From assembly GCA_965649765.1 (NCBI GenBank), contig OZ287749.1, positions 30,938,001-31,002,000 of the forward strand: a stretch of 64,000 nucleotides of DNA, in the 5' to 3' direction. This document shows positions 1 to 11,656 of the stretch, one piece after another. The stretch's first letter is position 1. Every line of letters starts with the position of its first letter. Under the pieces are notes generated by a model. That model had not been told where the DNA came from. It did not search any database and saw only the letters and a program-made list of their open reading frames with translations. The position numbers were made by a program, and so were the translations under genes. The DNA comes from Bispira polyomma. Lineage: Eukaryota.

Positions 1-984
1 CTAGACTGCATAGTCAACAGAAATCTTTTTGCAGTAACACATATCTTAATTATTGTTTAGTATTGACCAAATTAAGTTTAATAACTTTATATAAATCAAC
101 CCACAAAGGGAATTCTGACAAAGATATTGTGGTTTGTCCATGTGTCCATATGTTAGTTTGTTTGTTTTGCACTGGGATCACACAAAATTTACTGAACCGA
201 TTTACATGAAGTATGGCCGGTAGATATAATATGGGCAAAGAAAGAATCCAATAAAATGTTGAGCACATCTGCTAAGAATGAAGGATCTAGGATTTTTTCC
301 CTGTTGATGATGGTGTGCATTCTTTTGAGTGAACTTTATCTCAGTTTTTGAAAACAAGTGGTCTTAAGTATCACTACTCAAGCAGCCTAAGGCAAGGATA
401 TCTAATCCCTATCAAGTTAGAGTAGAAATAAGGTATGTAGTAAATGATTAAACCTACTATAAGAAGAAAATATTGTCACCCAAAATATTTTCTTCTTATT
501 ACTATGTTTTTTTGCAACTCTTTTCGCAGGAAGCTGTGGTCTATACATAGTAATTTGATGTAAATTTAATGGTAGCATTATACATATGGTCAGTGGGAAG
601 GTATTACATCCATATCAGCAGGCAGAGGCTTGCTGGTGACCATTCATCAATGTCCTTCCGTTTTGTTAACCTAGGGATATGACTGTGTTGTTAAATTTTA
701 TTCTCGATCAGAAGCTAACGTTTTTCTATCAGGTTGTACAAATAGTGCATTAATATAACTTACTGGGGCCTTTAGAAAGCTACACACAAAAATGTAGCTG
801 GTGCATCAAAAAGTACATCTGCAAATGTGTGTAAAGGAGCAAAAAGAACTTGATGTTGAATTCTTTGGAGATATGTGTACAAAAGGTTCCAAGACAAAAG
901 GCTCCATATGACATTACAATGTAGTGATGTATAAACAAACTATATTGGGAAACACACGTGCAAAGTGCTTTATCTGTATCAAAA

Positions 985-1300
985 AATTGATTAAAGCTAT
1001 TAGAACTGGACTCTATATCGCCAATACATTTTTGAAGCGTATTGGCTAACTGCATTTCTACAGGGACATCATTACATAGTAAGGGCAATAAATCACAATG
1101 AGTTGTGTATGGTACTCTAAATATTTCCAAACACATTTTTTACATGTAAGTTAAGAGTTAAGAAGTAATAGCAAAGACCATAGGTTAACATTGAGCAGTC
1201 ACATTGTATCTAGATGCAATATTTAATGCATACATGGCATTATAAGCAGGTCATTGAGAATAGAGGGCATGCAATTTTCCCTTATAGTCACACCACTAGA
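985..1300 (-). mobile_element. non-LTR retrotransposon ORF2 C-terminal fragment inside the duplicated unit
   Basis: Translation KCLEIFRVPYTTHCDLLPLLCNDVPVEMQLAN resembles LINE RT C-termini. Repeated at ~20950-21250 (WRKCFHKIFRVLYTSHCDLLP) and ~27690-27960. Confidence 0.55.
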
Positions 1301-2637
1301 GTTCTGGCTATGTGGTGGCTGATATTTAAAGATGTAGTATTAATCATAGCAGACTCCACAACCAATACTTTACGGTGAATTATAAAGACCAGAAGCGTGC
1401 AGAACTAAGATGGCGAGACCTGCAAAACTACCCTCAAAAATAGAAACAGGTTTTTGTTGATAATAATGTTATTTATTTAAGAAAAAATCCCCAATAAGAA
1501 ACAGTTTTTATCAGTGAAATATAGTTCTTGATCTTCTAACTAATTGAATGAAAAAAGTATACACTCCGGGACTACAATAAATAGGAGTGAAAGCCTGGTT
1601 TTACCTGTCGTAGAAGTATAACAAATTAGTTCAGTAAACCCTAAAAACATCCAGTGAGGTTTATGATAGCTAGGTCATGGTGACCTTAGTAAAAAGTAAC
1701 AAACGAAAAAACTTCAATACACTGGACTTGAAGCGTGTTCTAATTAATTTGATATGCAGTCCTTTCATTTGTTTTCAAGTACTGTAAAAAGTTATATTGA
1801 GGTTAACAAACCATAGACTGTATGAAGGCTTTGCAGAAAGAGGCTGCTATTGAGAATTGAAACATATCTGAGTTGAAGTCAAATTGGCACCTAGAGACTT
1901 AAGCACATGTCTGACTGGGAAATTTAATTGAAATGTCTGCAGGAAAGAAATAAAATGAATATTAGTAGTTGTTCCCAGACATTATATTTGTTTAGATTGT
2001 ACAATAAAACATTGAAAATATAGCAAAAATCTTATCAAATTATTGACATTAATGTATTTCTATTAGCAGGAGGTAAACATCATCATACCAGAGATTTTTT
2101 TGTGTCTTTTGAAATCCCAGACAACCTTTTTTTATCCTTTTATGTTAGTTGAATAGACCAAGCATAAGAGTTAAAATGGTTTGTATAGTAGGTATTTTTT
2201 AAATGAATATTTCTAATTGTTTATATTATAATGCATTTTTATTGTGTGAAAATTGGCACAAAGTTTTATTTAATAAAGCTAGATTAATGACATTACATTG
2301 TATATGAAATAAATTTTAAGACCAGCAGTACACAGTACGTAGTATTTAGGTAGTCAATACAGTTGAAAACCATGTACTAATTATCCTTATTAAGTGACAT
2401 AATAGAAGCCTTGGACTTGACATGGTAACATTTTTGACTTCCACCTCTCCAGTTGTAGATTCAAATGTCAGTTTGTATGTTGGAAACGTTCGAAGTACGC
2501 TGGATGCAGATTGGTGGTTTGCAGTGCAAAAGTCGCGACCACTGAGGTGTTAAAAGCAACACTAAACCCTAATGCTTGCTTAGCAAATATGGTCACAGCA
2601 AGAGGTATGGACATTTTTAGTTTGTCAGGTGGATAGT

Positions 2638-2870
2638 CTCTTTCAGGAGTAAGCTGAAGGCCTATCTTTTTGAACAGGCTTTTCCACCTTAGCCGTCGCA
2701 ACCATTTACGGTAGTCTCCCTGGTTACGACTTCCATCCGCCCACTATTTTTGATTTGCGATTAACGTTTTGGGTTTGTTGTGCCTTAGAATTTGTTGTAC
2801 AAAGATTAAGCGCTATAAAAGTAGGACTAGATTAGATTAGATTAGACGACTAGATTAGATTAGATTAGAT
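2638..2870 (+). mobile_element. 3' end of a CR1/L2-type LINE with (TAGAT)n tail
   Basis: SFRSKLKAYLFEQAFPP* followed by a short 3' UTR and (tagat)n at 2828-2870. Absent from the paralogous site 12981-13000 (gtggatagtc|ttctaactta). Confidence 0.75.
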
Positions 2871-3715
2871 TCTAACTTAGAAATGTATGAATTGCTAGTG
2901 TCGCCTTTATAATTATGTATAAAAAAATTCACACTACAATCGTCACACAAGGTAAGGCTATTGAGATATGGTTGTTTGAAAAGGCGTGTTTCTAATAGAA
3001 TTATTGTATGCTCTATTACTTCCATGTATTTCAATTAGTGCTATCAAAGATACTGTGACATGGGTGTGCAGCATCATAAATGACGCAAGTAGATTTTAGC
3101 ACAAAGAGTTTTCTGAAAATAATGTCAGAATAGGAATAATATAATTAAGTCCTAAACACAGGGGAATAGCCCACCCAAAAAATTATTATGGCTAATTATT
3201 GCAGTACACTATTGCAGTATGAAAATTGTAGGGGCATATACATGTGAACCTGTTATAAAAAAAAGTTGACTAGAAGGGGGACATTGGTTTAGTGTTGCAT
3301 TTTTATACCATTATTGCCACCAGTCCGTGTTAGTTTCATTGCAGAATAATTAAAAATAGTGCTAAATATATATATGCAAAACAAGGAACAATAAGTCAAT
3401 AAAAGGCACTCTTTGACCGTTTATTCTACATCTTATACACAAATATTATTAGTTTTGTATGTCACTACATATTTACAGTTATTTAAAAATATATTAAATC
3501 ACACAGTCATAAAGTCAAGCATGAATACAGTTAATTGCAAGTGGTAATAAACATCATAAAAATAAGTATTAGTGTCTGAATCTGTAACAAGGAAAGGCGT
3601 TGTCCAAGTTTAACAGTTTTTTTGGTTTCAAAAAATTCAAACACAACACAACACTCCCGATCAAGCAGGGTGAGCTCTAAAATTCAAAGAGGCAAAATTC
3701 AAGAAGCAACTTAAC

Positions 3716-4050
3716 AGCTCTCCTGCCAAACAAAGTGGGGGTAATCTAATTACTTCATAGTAAAAATTCAAAGGAACAGATGTAACAACACTAGGATATA
3801 TAAAAGGCAATAAAAAGAAGAAGCGAACAATAACATCCCTTGATACGTCACCTACAGGACGAAAAACAGTATACAACAGTGGCTTTTCAACAGCACTCCC
3901 GCCAAACGGAGTGGATGATAATATAATTACTTTACAGTAGAATTTTAAAGGGACAAATATAACAACACTTTGGTATAATAAAGGCAATCAAAAGAACATC
4001 ACTTGATACATCACCCATAGGACAAAAAACGATTTAAAACAGTAGCTTAT
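3716..4050. repeat. two diverged ~177-bp tandem units
   Basis: ctctcctgccaaac...aaaggaacagatgtaacaacact versus cactcccgccaaac...aaagggacaaatataacaacact. Confidence 0.6.
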
Positions 4051-5274
4051 TATGAAATATTTGATGTGTGTGAGAGAGGCGTGTTTGTTATCTTTGACAA
4101 ATTGCCTTATATATAGACCTTTATTTCTTTGTATATATTTCGAAAATCTATTTAGATTATCTCATCAGAGGCTGATAACTGATTATAAATTTTTCTCTAA
4201 GGTACTGAAAGTGGCTTCGCCTGGCTCAGGGGGAGCCATGGCTACCTCAGCCGTACATGGACATGTTTTAATAATTAAATTGTACCAGTACATGAATAAC
4301 CTTGAACAACCTAGAGTATTCGGCTTTACACCATGAAATATTTAAAACCTGTTCAAAATTGCTATTGTGTGGTCTGACTTTTCTTACCACCACATTACTA
4401 AAACACCACACAATTGGATATTTCCAGTATCAAAGACATAGTTGGTGTTATTCTGATCCACCCCTTTATTCTTGCATGACTATATGTGGCTTGGCAAACT
4501 CTAGGCTAATTCTCACTAATTCTTGTATGTCATGTCCTTGTATGTGGGACATAGGCTTATAAATAATACAAAAAAAGTTCACTGTGTGCAATGAACTACT
4601 GATATATACCATAATATATCTGTCTTAGTTACAACTTAAAACTACAACTTAAAACTAATATTACTACTAAACTGCAATGTAAAAGTGTTGTTTAAAATTG
4701 ACTTTCAATATCATTAAATAATCAAGTCCTGTAAGAGGCATCAATTTATCTACATAATATTATATTCTGTAAATTAGAATGTTGCAATAATGTTCAACTA
4801 TAAGTATACCAATGTTGGAAAATGCTGTAAGACCTTAGGATGTTGAACGTATGTGCCCTTGAAGTTGGTCACTGACTTATTTATAATTTAGAAATAGTCT
4901 TTTAAAATTCTAGCCCATGAAGTATGAATCACTCGGTTCAATATTTTCACTAGGAAGAGCAGGTGCAATAATTGAAGTTTAATTAGGGATTGACCTTAAC
5001 CGTCCTTGAAATGCCAGTGCTAAGACCTATACTTCATAGTCAACATCTTTGCAATACCACAATTAAAGATAGGTCTTAATTATTGTTCAGTATTGACCAA
5101 ATTAAGTTTAATAACTTTACAAATCAACCCATAAAGCGAAATCTGACAAAGATATTATGGTTTGCATGTGTCCATTTGTTGGGTTGTTTTGCACTAGGAT
5201 TACACAAAATTTACTGAAGCGATTTACATAAAATATGGTCGGTGGATGGGATGTGGGCCAAGAGAGGCAGAGGC

Positions 5275-5430
5275 TTGCTGGTGACCATTCATCAATGTCC
5301 TTTCATTTTGTTAACCCATGGATATGACTCATTTACTACGGACTGCCATTTTAAGTGGTCATCGAAGCTACTAGGTATATATCTTTACCTGGTCGCCCAG
5401 GCTAGGATCGAACCTAGGACCTCTGTGTTC
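5275..5430 (-). mobile_element. SINE-like fragment shared by the duplicated units
   Basis: B-box-like ggttcgatcc on the minus strand (~5405-5414). Copies at ~630-690 and 26735-26890. Confidence 0.4.
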
Positions 5431-5724
5431 CTAAATTTTAATCTCAATCAGAAGGTAACTATATTCTATCAAGTTGTATCAATAGCACATTAATATAAAA
5501 TAAAGTCTAGGCTTACTGGAGCCTTAAGCTACACACAAACACACAAAAAGGTAGCTGGTGCATCAAAAAATACATCTGAAAATGTGTATAAAGAAGCAAT
5601 GAGAACTTCTGTCATATCCTTGGCGAGACATGTGTACAAAAGGCTCTATATGACATTACAATGTAGAGACGTATAGACAAATTATTTCAGAATACACAAG
5701 TGGAAAATGCTTTATTTGTGCTGT

Positions 5725-5915
5725 AAATAGCTAACAGGTGACACTCGCACTTTCCACCTCTAGAGTAGTGGGTTCGAATCACGGCATGTTGTGTATGTGT
5801 GAAAATTCACAGTAGTTCACTGAAGGCCTTTGGTTTACAGTTAGTAAACCTTGACTAACTATCTTGTTTGTATTTTCATCCACCAATAACCCGGCCATCG
5901 TTATATGTAGTAAAA
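5725..5915 (+). mobile_element. tRNA-derived SINE
   Basis: B box gggttcgaatc at ~5770. Body similar to the SINE at 41494-41745; paralogue at 27215-27390. Confidence 0.6.
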
Positions 5916-6549
5916 CCACCCCCCCTCCCCCTTTATACATTGAAGATACATACACACAAAAAAATTGAGCAGTTTAAAGAGCTACACAAAATGTAAAACA
6001 TGAATAAAATTAAACAATACAAATGCAGAACGCAAAAAAAGAAAAAACAGAAAAAAAACTGTACTACTTAGTTTGTACATATATATTCCAGCATTGTCTC
6101 TATTTTTACATCTGTAAATTTGCTATTGTTTTTTCTTTAATATTTATCAAATCTAAAATATTTACCGCTATCTAGTTTTATACAAGGGAATGTCAATTCC
6201 AGATAATTTTTCTATGTGCACTCAGCCTCTCACCTGCAAGTTAGCTGAACTAAAATATTCTAAAAATTTAAAATAAAGCCTTAAACAAGGAAAATACAAT
6301 AAAAGAACAGTCTTACAAAGACTGAGCCTTAAAAAAGGCTGATGCTCGTTTGAGCTAGCCTCATGAAGGCTGAATACATAGCACACTTATTAATAGACAA
6401 TGTGATTGTCTGGAACACCCCTTCTGAGAGAGCCATAGTATAGGCCAATTGATGCACTGTTCATCTATATTACATACCCTTCACACCTGTTTGCTTAGGG
6501 AGGGAGGGAGTGGAGCTTTTCATGCATCCACTGCAAAAGTTTCTGAAGA

Positions 6550-6700
6550 ATGAGGGTCAGAGGCCCCAGTTGTTTACAAGCTTGGAAAATTTTGTCGGGA
6601 AAGCCAGTTTGGCACTGTGTTCACTTAATGACTATTAGTGTGACATCAGGTGAGAGACTGAAAGCTGACGCTGGCATTCATAATGCATGCGTACAATATA
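6550..6700 (-). repeat. split direct repeat A2 of YR element 1
   Basis: ~150 bp, about 4-5 mismatches to 11255-11405. Confidence 0.95.
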
Positions 6701-7110
6701 CAGCCTCTCACCTGCAATGGTAGGCTGGCTAAATGGCCAGTGTGTTTTGAAAATAAATGCAAACAAGTCTGTAACATTTGGGTTTTTATTTATACACAAA
6801 CATATTGTTAATACTACTACCTCACTAGTTAAGGTAACCTTAACGTATGCACTTGCTAACTGACATTCACCCTTAACTTGGTGATTAAGGTGACCTTAAC
6901 CTATGCACTTCTGCACTTAAATTTTTAAGGTTGCCTTAACTTAGCCTTAAGGCTGTCTTAACTTTGCATGTTGTTTTTATGTTAAGGTGCCCTCAAGTCT
7001 GGAGGCCCTCTACAATCTACTTTATTATACTACTTCTACTTTATTTACACTACTTGTATATTTGTATATAATGTATAATATATCTTGCCAAACCCATTGT
7101 AGGACTTGTA

Positions 7111-8087
7111 TTATTTTGTAGTTACATGTGTGTGAAAGGCCGCTACGACCAACCCAGCTGTCTTATGGGTTTTTACCAGGTAACGCCAGATGGCGTTGGA
7201 TTTCCAGCCCCCGTGTACCTTAATGTGCTGCAAATCGACCTGGTGGTCGAAGGCCCAGGAGGCAGCTGAGCGCCTAAGGGCATGAAAGTCGTAATCTGCT
7301 GGTGTAAGTTGTACCTGGGTGATGAGGTTAGAAAAAACCTTTCTGACTTGAAAGGCTGTGATAATTATGGTTTGACCCATATGAGAATACTGGAAGAGGG
7401 GTGTTTTATTGCACTGGGGTTGGTGGGGTGCAGGTCTCAAAAAGTCTGTACGGGGCCAAGAGGGGAGCCGGGAAGCCGAGGAACCTGAACCACCTGCGCC
7501 TGGCCCGAGACCTGCATATTCTTGGCACATTTAGTAATGATGTGAGCCCCAGGAGCCCCCCAAATCAGATCCCTGGGGGTTGGGAATCTAGACGGGTGAA
7601 AATTAGCCACTTTTGATGGAACTAAAGTTGCCAGTCTGTGAAACCCAAAGAACCCCAATAAAATGAGAGCTTTATAAACCTTAGCCCCAGGGAACTTAGA
7701 TACCAGGTTAATAATCTGTGGGAGCTTGCTTATTAAAAGAACACCTTTTGCCCTGTACTTGAGGGGTGCATTATGTGCTACCGCCTTAATCATGAGGTGG
7801 ACCTTCCTATGGGTGAATACGTGCAGAGGAAATTCATACATTGGGAAAAAATGCTTTAATACAGCCAGGTAACCTTGCAATGTCTGTGAACGCATTCCTT
7901 GTTGTGCCAGGAACTCGAGAAAGAGCAAGACTGACTTAAGGTCGTGTGAGACCTGTATATTAAGGTGAGACAAGAAGGCTAGATAAAGCCTAAACTTAGA
8001 CTGGTAGGCTCTGGAAGTCTTGGGCCTAAAGCCTGTGGCTATTCTTGCGTTAACGTCTTGAAGTAGTCTCTTGGACAGGCTGTTACC
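7111..8087 (-). CDS. tyrosine recombinase (frameshifted near 7440)
   Basis: GFFGFHRLATL, HALRRSAASWA, HGGWKSNAIWRY (R-HxxR-W-Y catalytic motifs). Open frame extends upstream to 8087 without an ATG. Confidence 0.9.
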
Positions 8088-8099
8088 TATAATAGTTAA

Positions 8100-10600
8100 A
8101 TGCTATAATTAGGTATTAACCACTGTATCTCTACGTTAAGCCATTTACAAGTTTTAAGATACTGAACCTCAGCCTTATATGTGCTGTGGAAGTGTTGCCA
8201 ATGTGATAGGATATCAGCATAAGTGTTGTCCCACTGAGATACTTATATTATGCTGAGCCTGAATTAACCATAAAGTTCTAGCACAAGCATTGAGAAAAAC
8301 ATCTTTACCCTTAGACTTATTAAGTACTTGCACTACTGCCATATTGTCGCAATGGACACAAATGCTTTTGTTCTGCCATTGTACACCCCAGAGCCTGAAA
8401 GCTATTAATATGTTACACATTTCAAAGTGCACAATACCTAAAGAATTCTTGTACTCGTGGGGAATATTTACACTATACACTTGGCCATTGTAATAGGCCC
8501 CTAAACTCTGAAGTGAGGCTTCAACAAACACTTGTTCCTTAGGGGAGTTCTTTTTATGAATGGCTGTTATTCCATTGTAGTGATGCAAGAAGGCACAAAA
8601 CCAATTAATGCCTTTGTGAAAAGAATCATTCAGTGGAATTCTAGTATGGGGAGGGGTCCCCCTTAATACCCCAAGTATCCTATTTACAAAGAGCCTAGCA
8701 GGTTTAACACAGCAATGTATGTATATCAATTTACCTAACAATTGCTGCAATTCACTACGTGTTGCTGTTGTTTTATTTCTCCATGTTCTACATAATTGTG
8801 ACACTTCCATTAACTTATTGTCGGGTATGATCAAAAGCCCTGTGGCAGCATTTATTTTTATACCCAGACATGTTACACTCTGTGCCGGGGGGTCGACCTT
8901 GTCATAATTGATTGGGAGCCCCAAGCCTTCAATTAAATTCTTGAGGGAATTGAAACCAGAAGTAGCCTTTCCAGGCTAAAAAATCATCCAAATAAGCACA
9001 CGTCCAGTGGCCCTGCCCACGCATTAGGAAAGTGACGCAGTCCGTGATTATTTGGCATGCACTCGCCCCCGAGCGCAGGCCGAACAGAACAATGATGTCA
9101 ACATACAGCTGTTCTTCCCAATTTAGTCCCAAGGCAGCATAGTCGAAAGGATCACTCCTCAAATTTCTATATGCCCGTCTTAAATCTATTTTGTATATTA
9201 AGGCTTGTGGCCCAATCAAGGCTACTCTGTCTACAATGTCATCTATGGTTGGGTATGACAACTTAAAATGCACGTCATTGAATACGTCCTTAGGTATACA
9301 ACTATTGACACTGTTGCCTATGGGCCAAGAAAGGTCTACAATGATTCTCCTCTTACCGTCCGGCTTAGCGCGGGACATAAGGGGAGACACATGGAGCAGG
9401 GGACCTATCATTGCCTTGAATTGTATCTCTGTCTCTGGATATTCAATTACATGCTGTGGATATACAGTTGCTGAGGCGTGGTTAGCCACAGTTTCATTAT
9501 ATTGGAATTGCTCATAATCCAAGGAGAGGGGAAACCCAAATTCTAAGTACTCACATATAATTTCAAAGTCATATCCTTTTAAATAAGAGCGCCAAGCGCC
9601 AATATTCAGCAGAGAAGGGACAGCTATTCTAGCCCCCTTATAATTGGGACATTGTTCTGCTTGGGTGAGAGTGTAAGCTTCCTTGACCCATTGTGTCATA
9701 TCAGTGGTACTTAATTGCCTAGCTCTTACATTGGTGACATAATTAGAGGGAAAACTTGGCATAAAGCCCCTTAACCATATTCCTAAGTCCACTACCTTTT
9801 CAAAGGAGGCATTTACACTTTCTACCAAATAATCTAATTGGGTGGCTGCTGCCCCCCCTTAGCAAATTGGCTAACATTTATGCCAAATTGGCCCTGAAGT
9901 ATAGCTGAGGTGATATTAATTGAAAGTTGCATGACTGATCACTTGTACACATGGAGCTTTCTCCCAATGAATTAGAGGACCAATATTGTTGGCACCCTTG
10001 ACTTATGAAACTTTCTGCAATTACAACACTAGCACTTAAGCCTACAGAAGCCTGGCTCTGGTAAGTGACCTCGTCGGTCTCTATTGTCCCAACTAGACTG
10101 TGTAGTGAACTAATGTTCTTTCCACTGCTACACGTATTCTGAATACTTGATGGGAACCAATCCTTAATAACACTTGTGTCATAACTAATATGACTTATAT
10201 TCAAATTAGTACACATGTCAGAAAATCTGTTTACATCTATTAAACTACTATGCATACAACACACTGCAGAATTATTGGTACTATCGTCCATGTTTTTGCT
10301 GAAAACAACCTCCTTTAACACTGTACCATTTACACTGCTTATATTATCATTCAGGTTCTGCCTGAAAACGTTCCTTTCAACTTTAGACTGATTGTGAAAA
10401 CCATATGTTCGTTCTACACTAATTTCTGCATCAAGTCTTTCCATGGAAGGGTTACCCTGTGTTAATTTGGGTAGATCTAAACTACACCAATTGCAAGAAC
10501 ACTGACCTAAATGTTTACTTTGCCAGAAAAGACTTAAGTTCGCTTGTTTTGTACTATAATTTTTGTCATATACTGCTGCTTTGCAGCCCACAGGGGTCAC
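8100..10600 (-). CDS. pol: pol (reverse transcriptase + RNase H), disrupted
   Basis: ORFs 8929-9828 (RIIVDLSWP, YKIDLRRAYR, FGLRSG, YLDDF) and 8214-8924 (EASLQSLG, HFEMCN, HCDNMAVV). Low-complexity N-terminal piece 9878-10600. Stops and frameshifts between pieces. Confidence 0.9.
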
Positions 10601-10634
10601 CCGAGATTTAAATGGAAAGACTTGCCTGACACTA

Positions 10635-11213
10635 TCAAACTCTCTGATCTTTGTTCTCAGTTGTTAATTTGCAATTTCCTTTTGAGAATTGGGCACACAC
10701 ATTAATTTTAGCTGAACTGTCCCTGTTACCATAACTGTCCCGGTTCCCCAAATATCCACTGTTACCTGTCTTAAGGGCACGCTGAGTGAAACGCTGTCTG
10801 ATTCTATCTATCTCTGCCTGGTCCTTCCAGGACACCATACCCCTCTCCATTTCGGACAAGATAGAGGCATGAGCCCGTTTAGCTGTGGCCCACGACAGGT
10901 CCACAGCATCCTGCATTAAGTTGTATTGGTACTTAAGCATATTTTGTCTGACAGTTTCATCTGTTTCCAATAACACACACCGAGAAAACCCTTGAACCCA
11001 CTGATAAATGGATAACTCTTCATAGGTGGGCATTTTCAGAGTGTCTGAGAGCATACAATGCTCGTGTGGCCAAGTTACTGAGGCTTTAACTCGCTGCTCA
11101 CATTTAGAGGAAGATGACAACACTCTCTCCATGGCTTCCTTCTTCTTACATGAGTCGTTACTCCGGGTGTTATAAGATTTTTTAGGCATATCCAGTACTA
11201 TGTGAACAATCAA
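10635..11213 (-). CDS. gag: gag-like ORF1 of YR element 1 (probably internally deleted)
   Basis: WPHEH..YEELSIYQWVQGF..LMQDAVDLSWATAKRAHA..ERGMVSW, homologous to 14100-14903. Confidence 0.8.
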   Translation of the reverse strand: MIVHIVLDMPKKSYNTRSNDSCKKKEAMERVLSSSSKCEQRVKASVTWPHEHCMLSDTLKMPTYEELSIYQWVQGFSRCVLLETDETVRQNMLKYQYNLMQDAVDLSWATAKRAHASILSEMERGMVSWKDQAEIDRIRQRFTQRALKTGNSGYLGNRDSYGNRDSSAKINVCAQFSKGNCKLTTENKDQRV

Positions 11214-11254
11214 TAAACACTAAAACGTAAGTTGCACTAAAATGTATGTAAGAT

Positions 11255-11405
11255 ATGAGGGTCAGAGGCCCCAGTTGTTTACAAGCTTGGAAAATTTTGG
11301 CGGGAAAGCCAGTTTGGCACTGTGTTCACTTAATGACTATTAGTGTGACATCAGGTGAGAGGCTGAAAGCTGACGCTGGCATTCATAATGCACGCGTTCA
11401 ATACA
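11255..11405 (-). repeat. split direct repeat A1 (5' end) of YR element 1
   Basis: Copy of 6550-6700; contains caggtgagaggctg, the reverse complement of the element terminus. Confidence 0.95.
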
Positions 11406-11464
11406 TTATAGTCTCTTACAAATGAGTATCTAATGACATTATAATTGTATGACAGATATGTAAT

Positions 11465-11656
11465 CCTAAGGTAACCTTACCTGTAAAGTAATGTTAACTT
11501 AATTTAAAGTATACTTAAATTACCTTCTATTAACTTAATTAATGGTAGTCTTAAATTAGTGTTGTGTATAGATATGTAGTAGATAGAAAATATGAATTAT
11601 AATATATACACTCTCCATCTGCTTATCACCCTCTTCAAGGTCAGCTGTAGGCACTG
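11465..11656 (+). mobile_element. 3' (B-end) remnant of another YR retroelement
   Basis: taaggtaacctta palindrome, gtagatagaaaata motif and terminus taggcactg (compare gaggcactg at 18683 and 38290). Replaces ~470 bp present in copy D (27660-28130). Confidence 0.6.

Larger units (their letters stand above)
1..3640 (+). pseudogene. LRR-containing GPCR (LGR/GRL101-like) pseudogene, copy A (partial)
   Basis: Homologous to 25918 onward, 11660-13404 and 18684-19020. Broken-frame translations include LDC-x-NRNLFAV (LRRNT-like, nt 1), LRR-like pieces, TCE-LL..TLV*CC (hinge/TM1) and ALFDRLFYILYTNIIS (TM2-like, 3406). Many stops and frameshifts. Confidence 0.55.
6223..11405 (-). mobile_element. Ngaro-type tyrosine-recombinase retrotransposon 1 (A1-gag-pol-YR-B1-A2-U-B2)
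   Basis: Gag, RT/RNaseH and YR ORFs with no methyltransferase domain. Direct repeat A (11255-11405 versus 6550-6700) and terminal 17-mer cagcctctcacctgcaa at 6223 and 6701. Flanks rejoin to the empty paralogous site at ~27580-27612. Confidence 0.92.

Noticed and set aside
6340-6380. Hammerhead ribozyme in the element 1 spacer
   Set aside because: Has CTGATGC rather than CTGANGA and no correctly placed GAAA core; only hairpins are supported.
6223-11405. Classification as DIRS1-type (ITR/ICR) or PAT-type
   Set aside because: No long inverted terminal repeats and no methyltransferase domain after RNase H; direct split repeats fit the Ngaro group.
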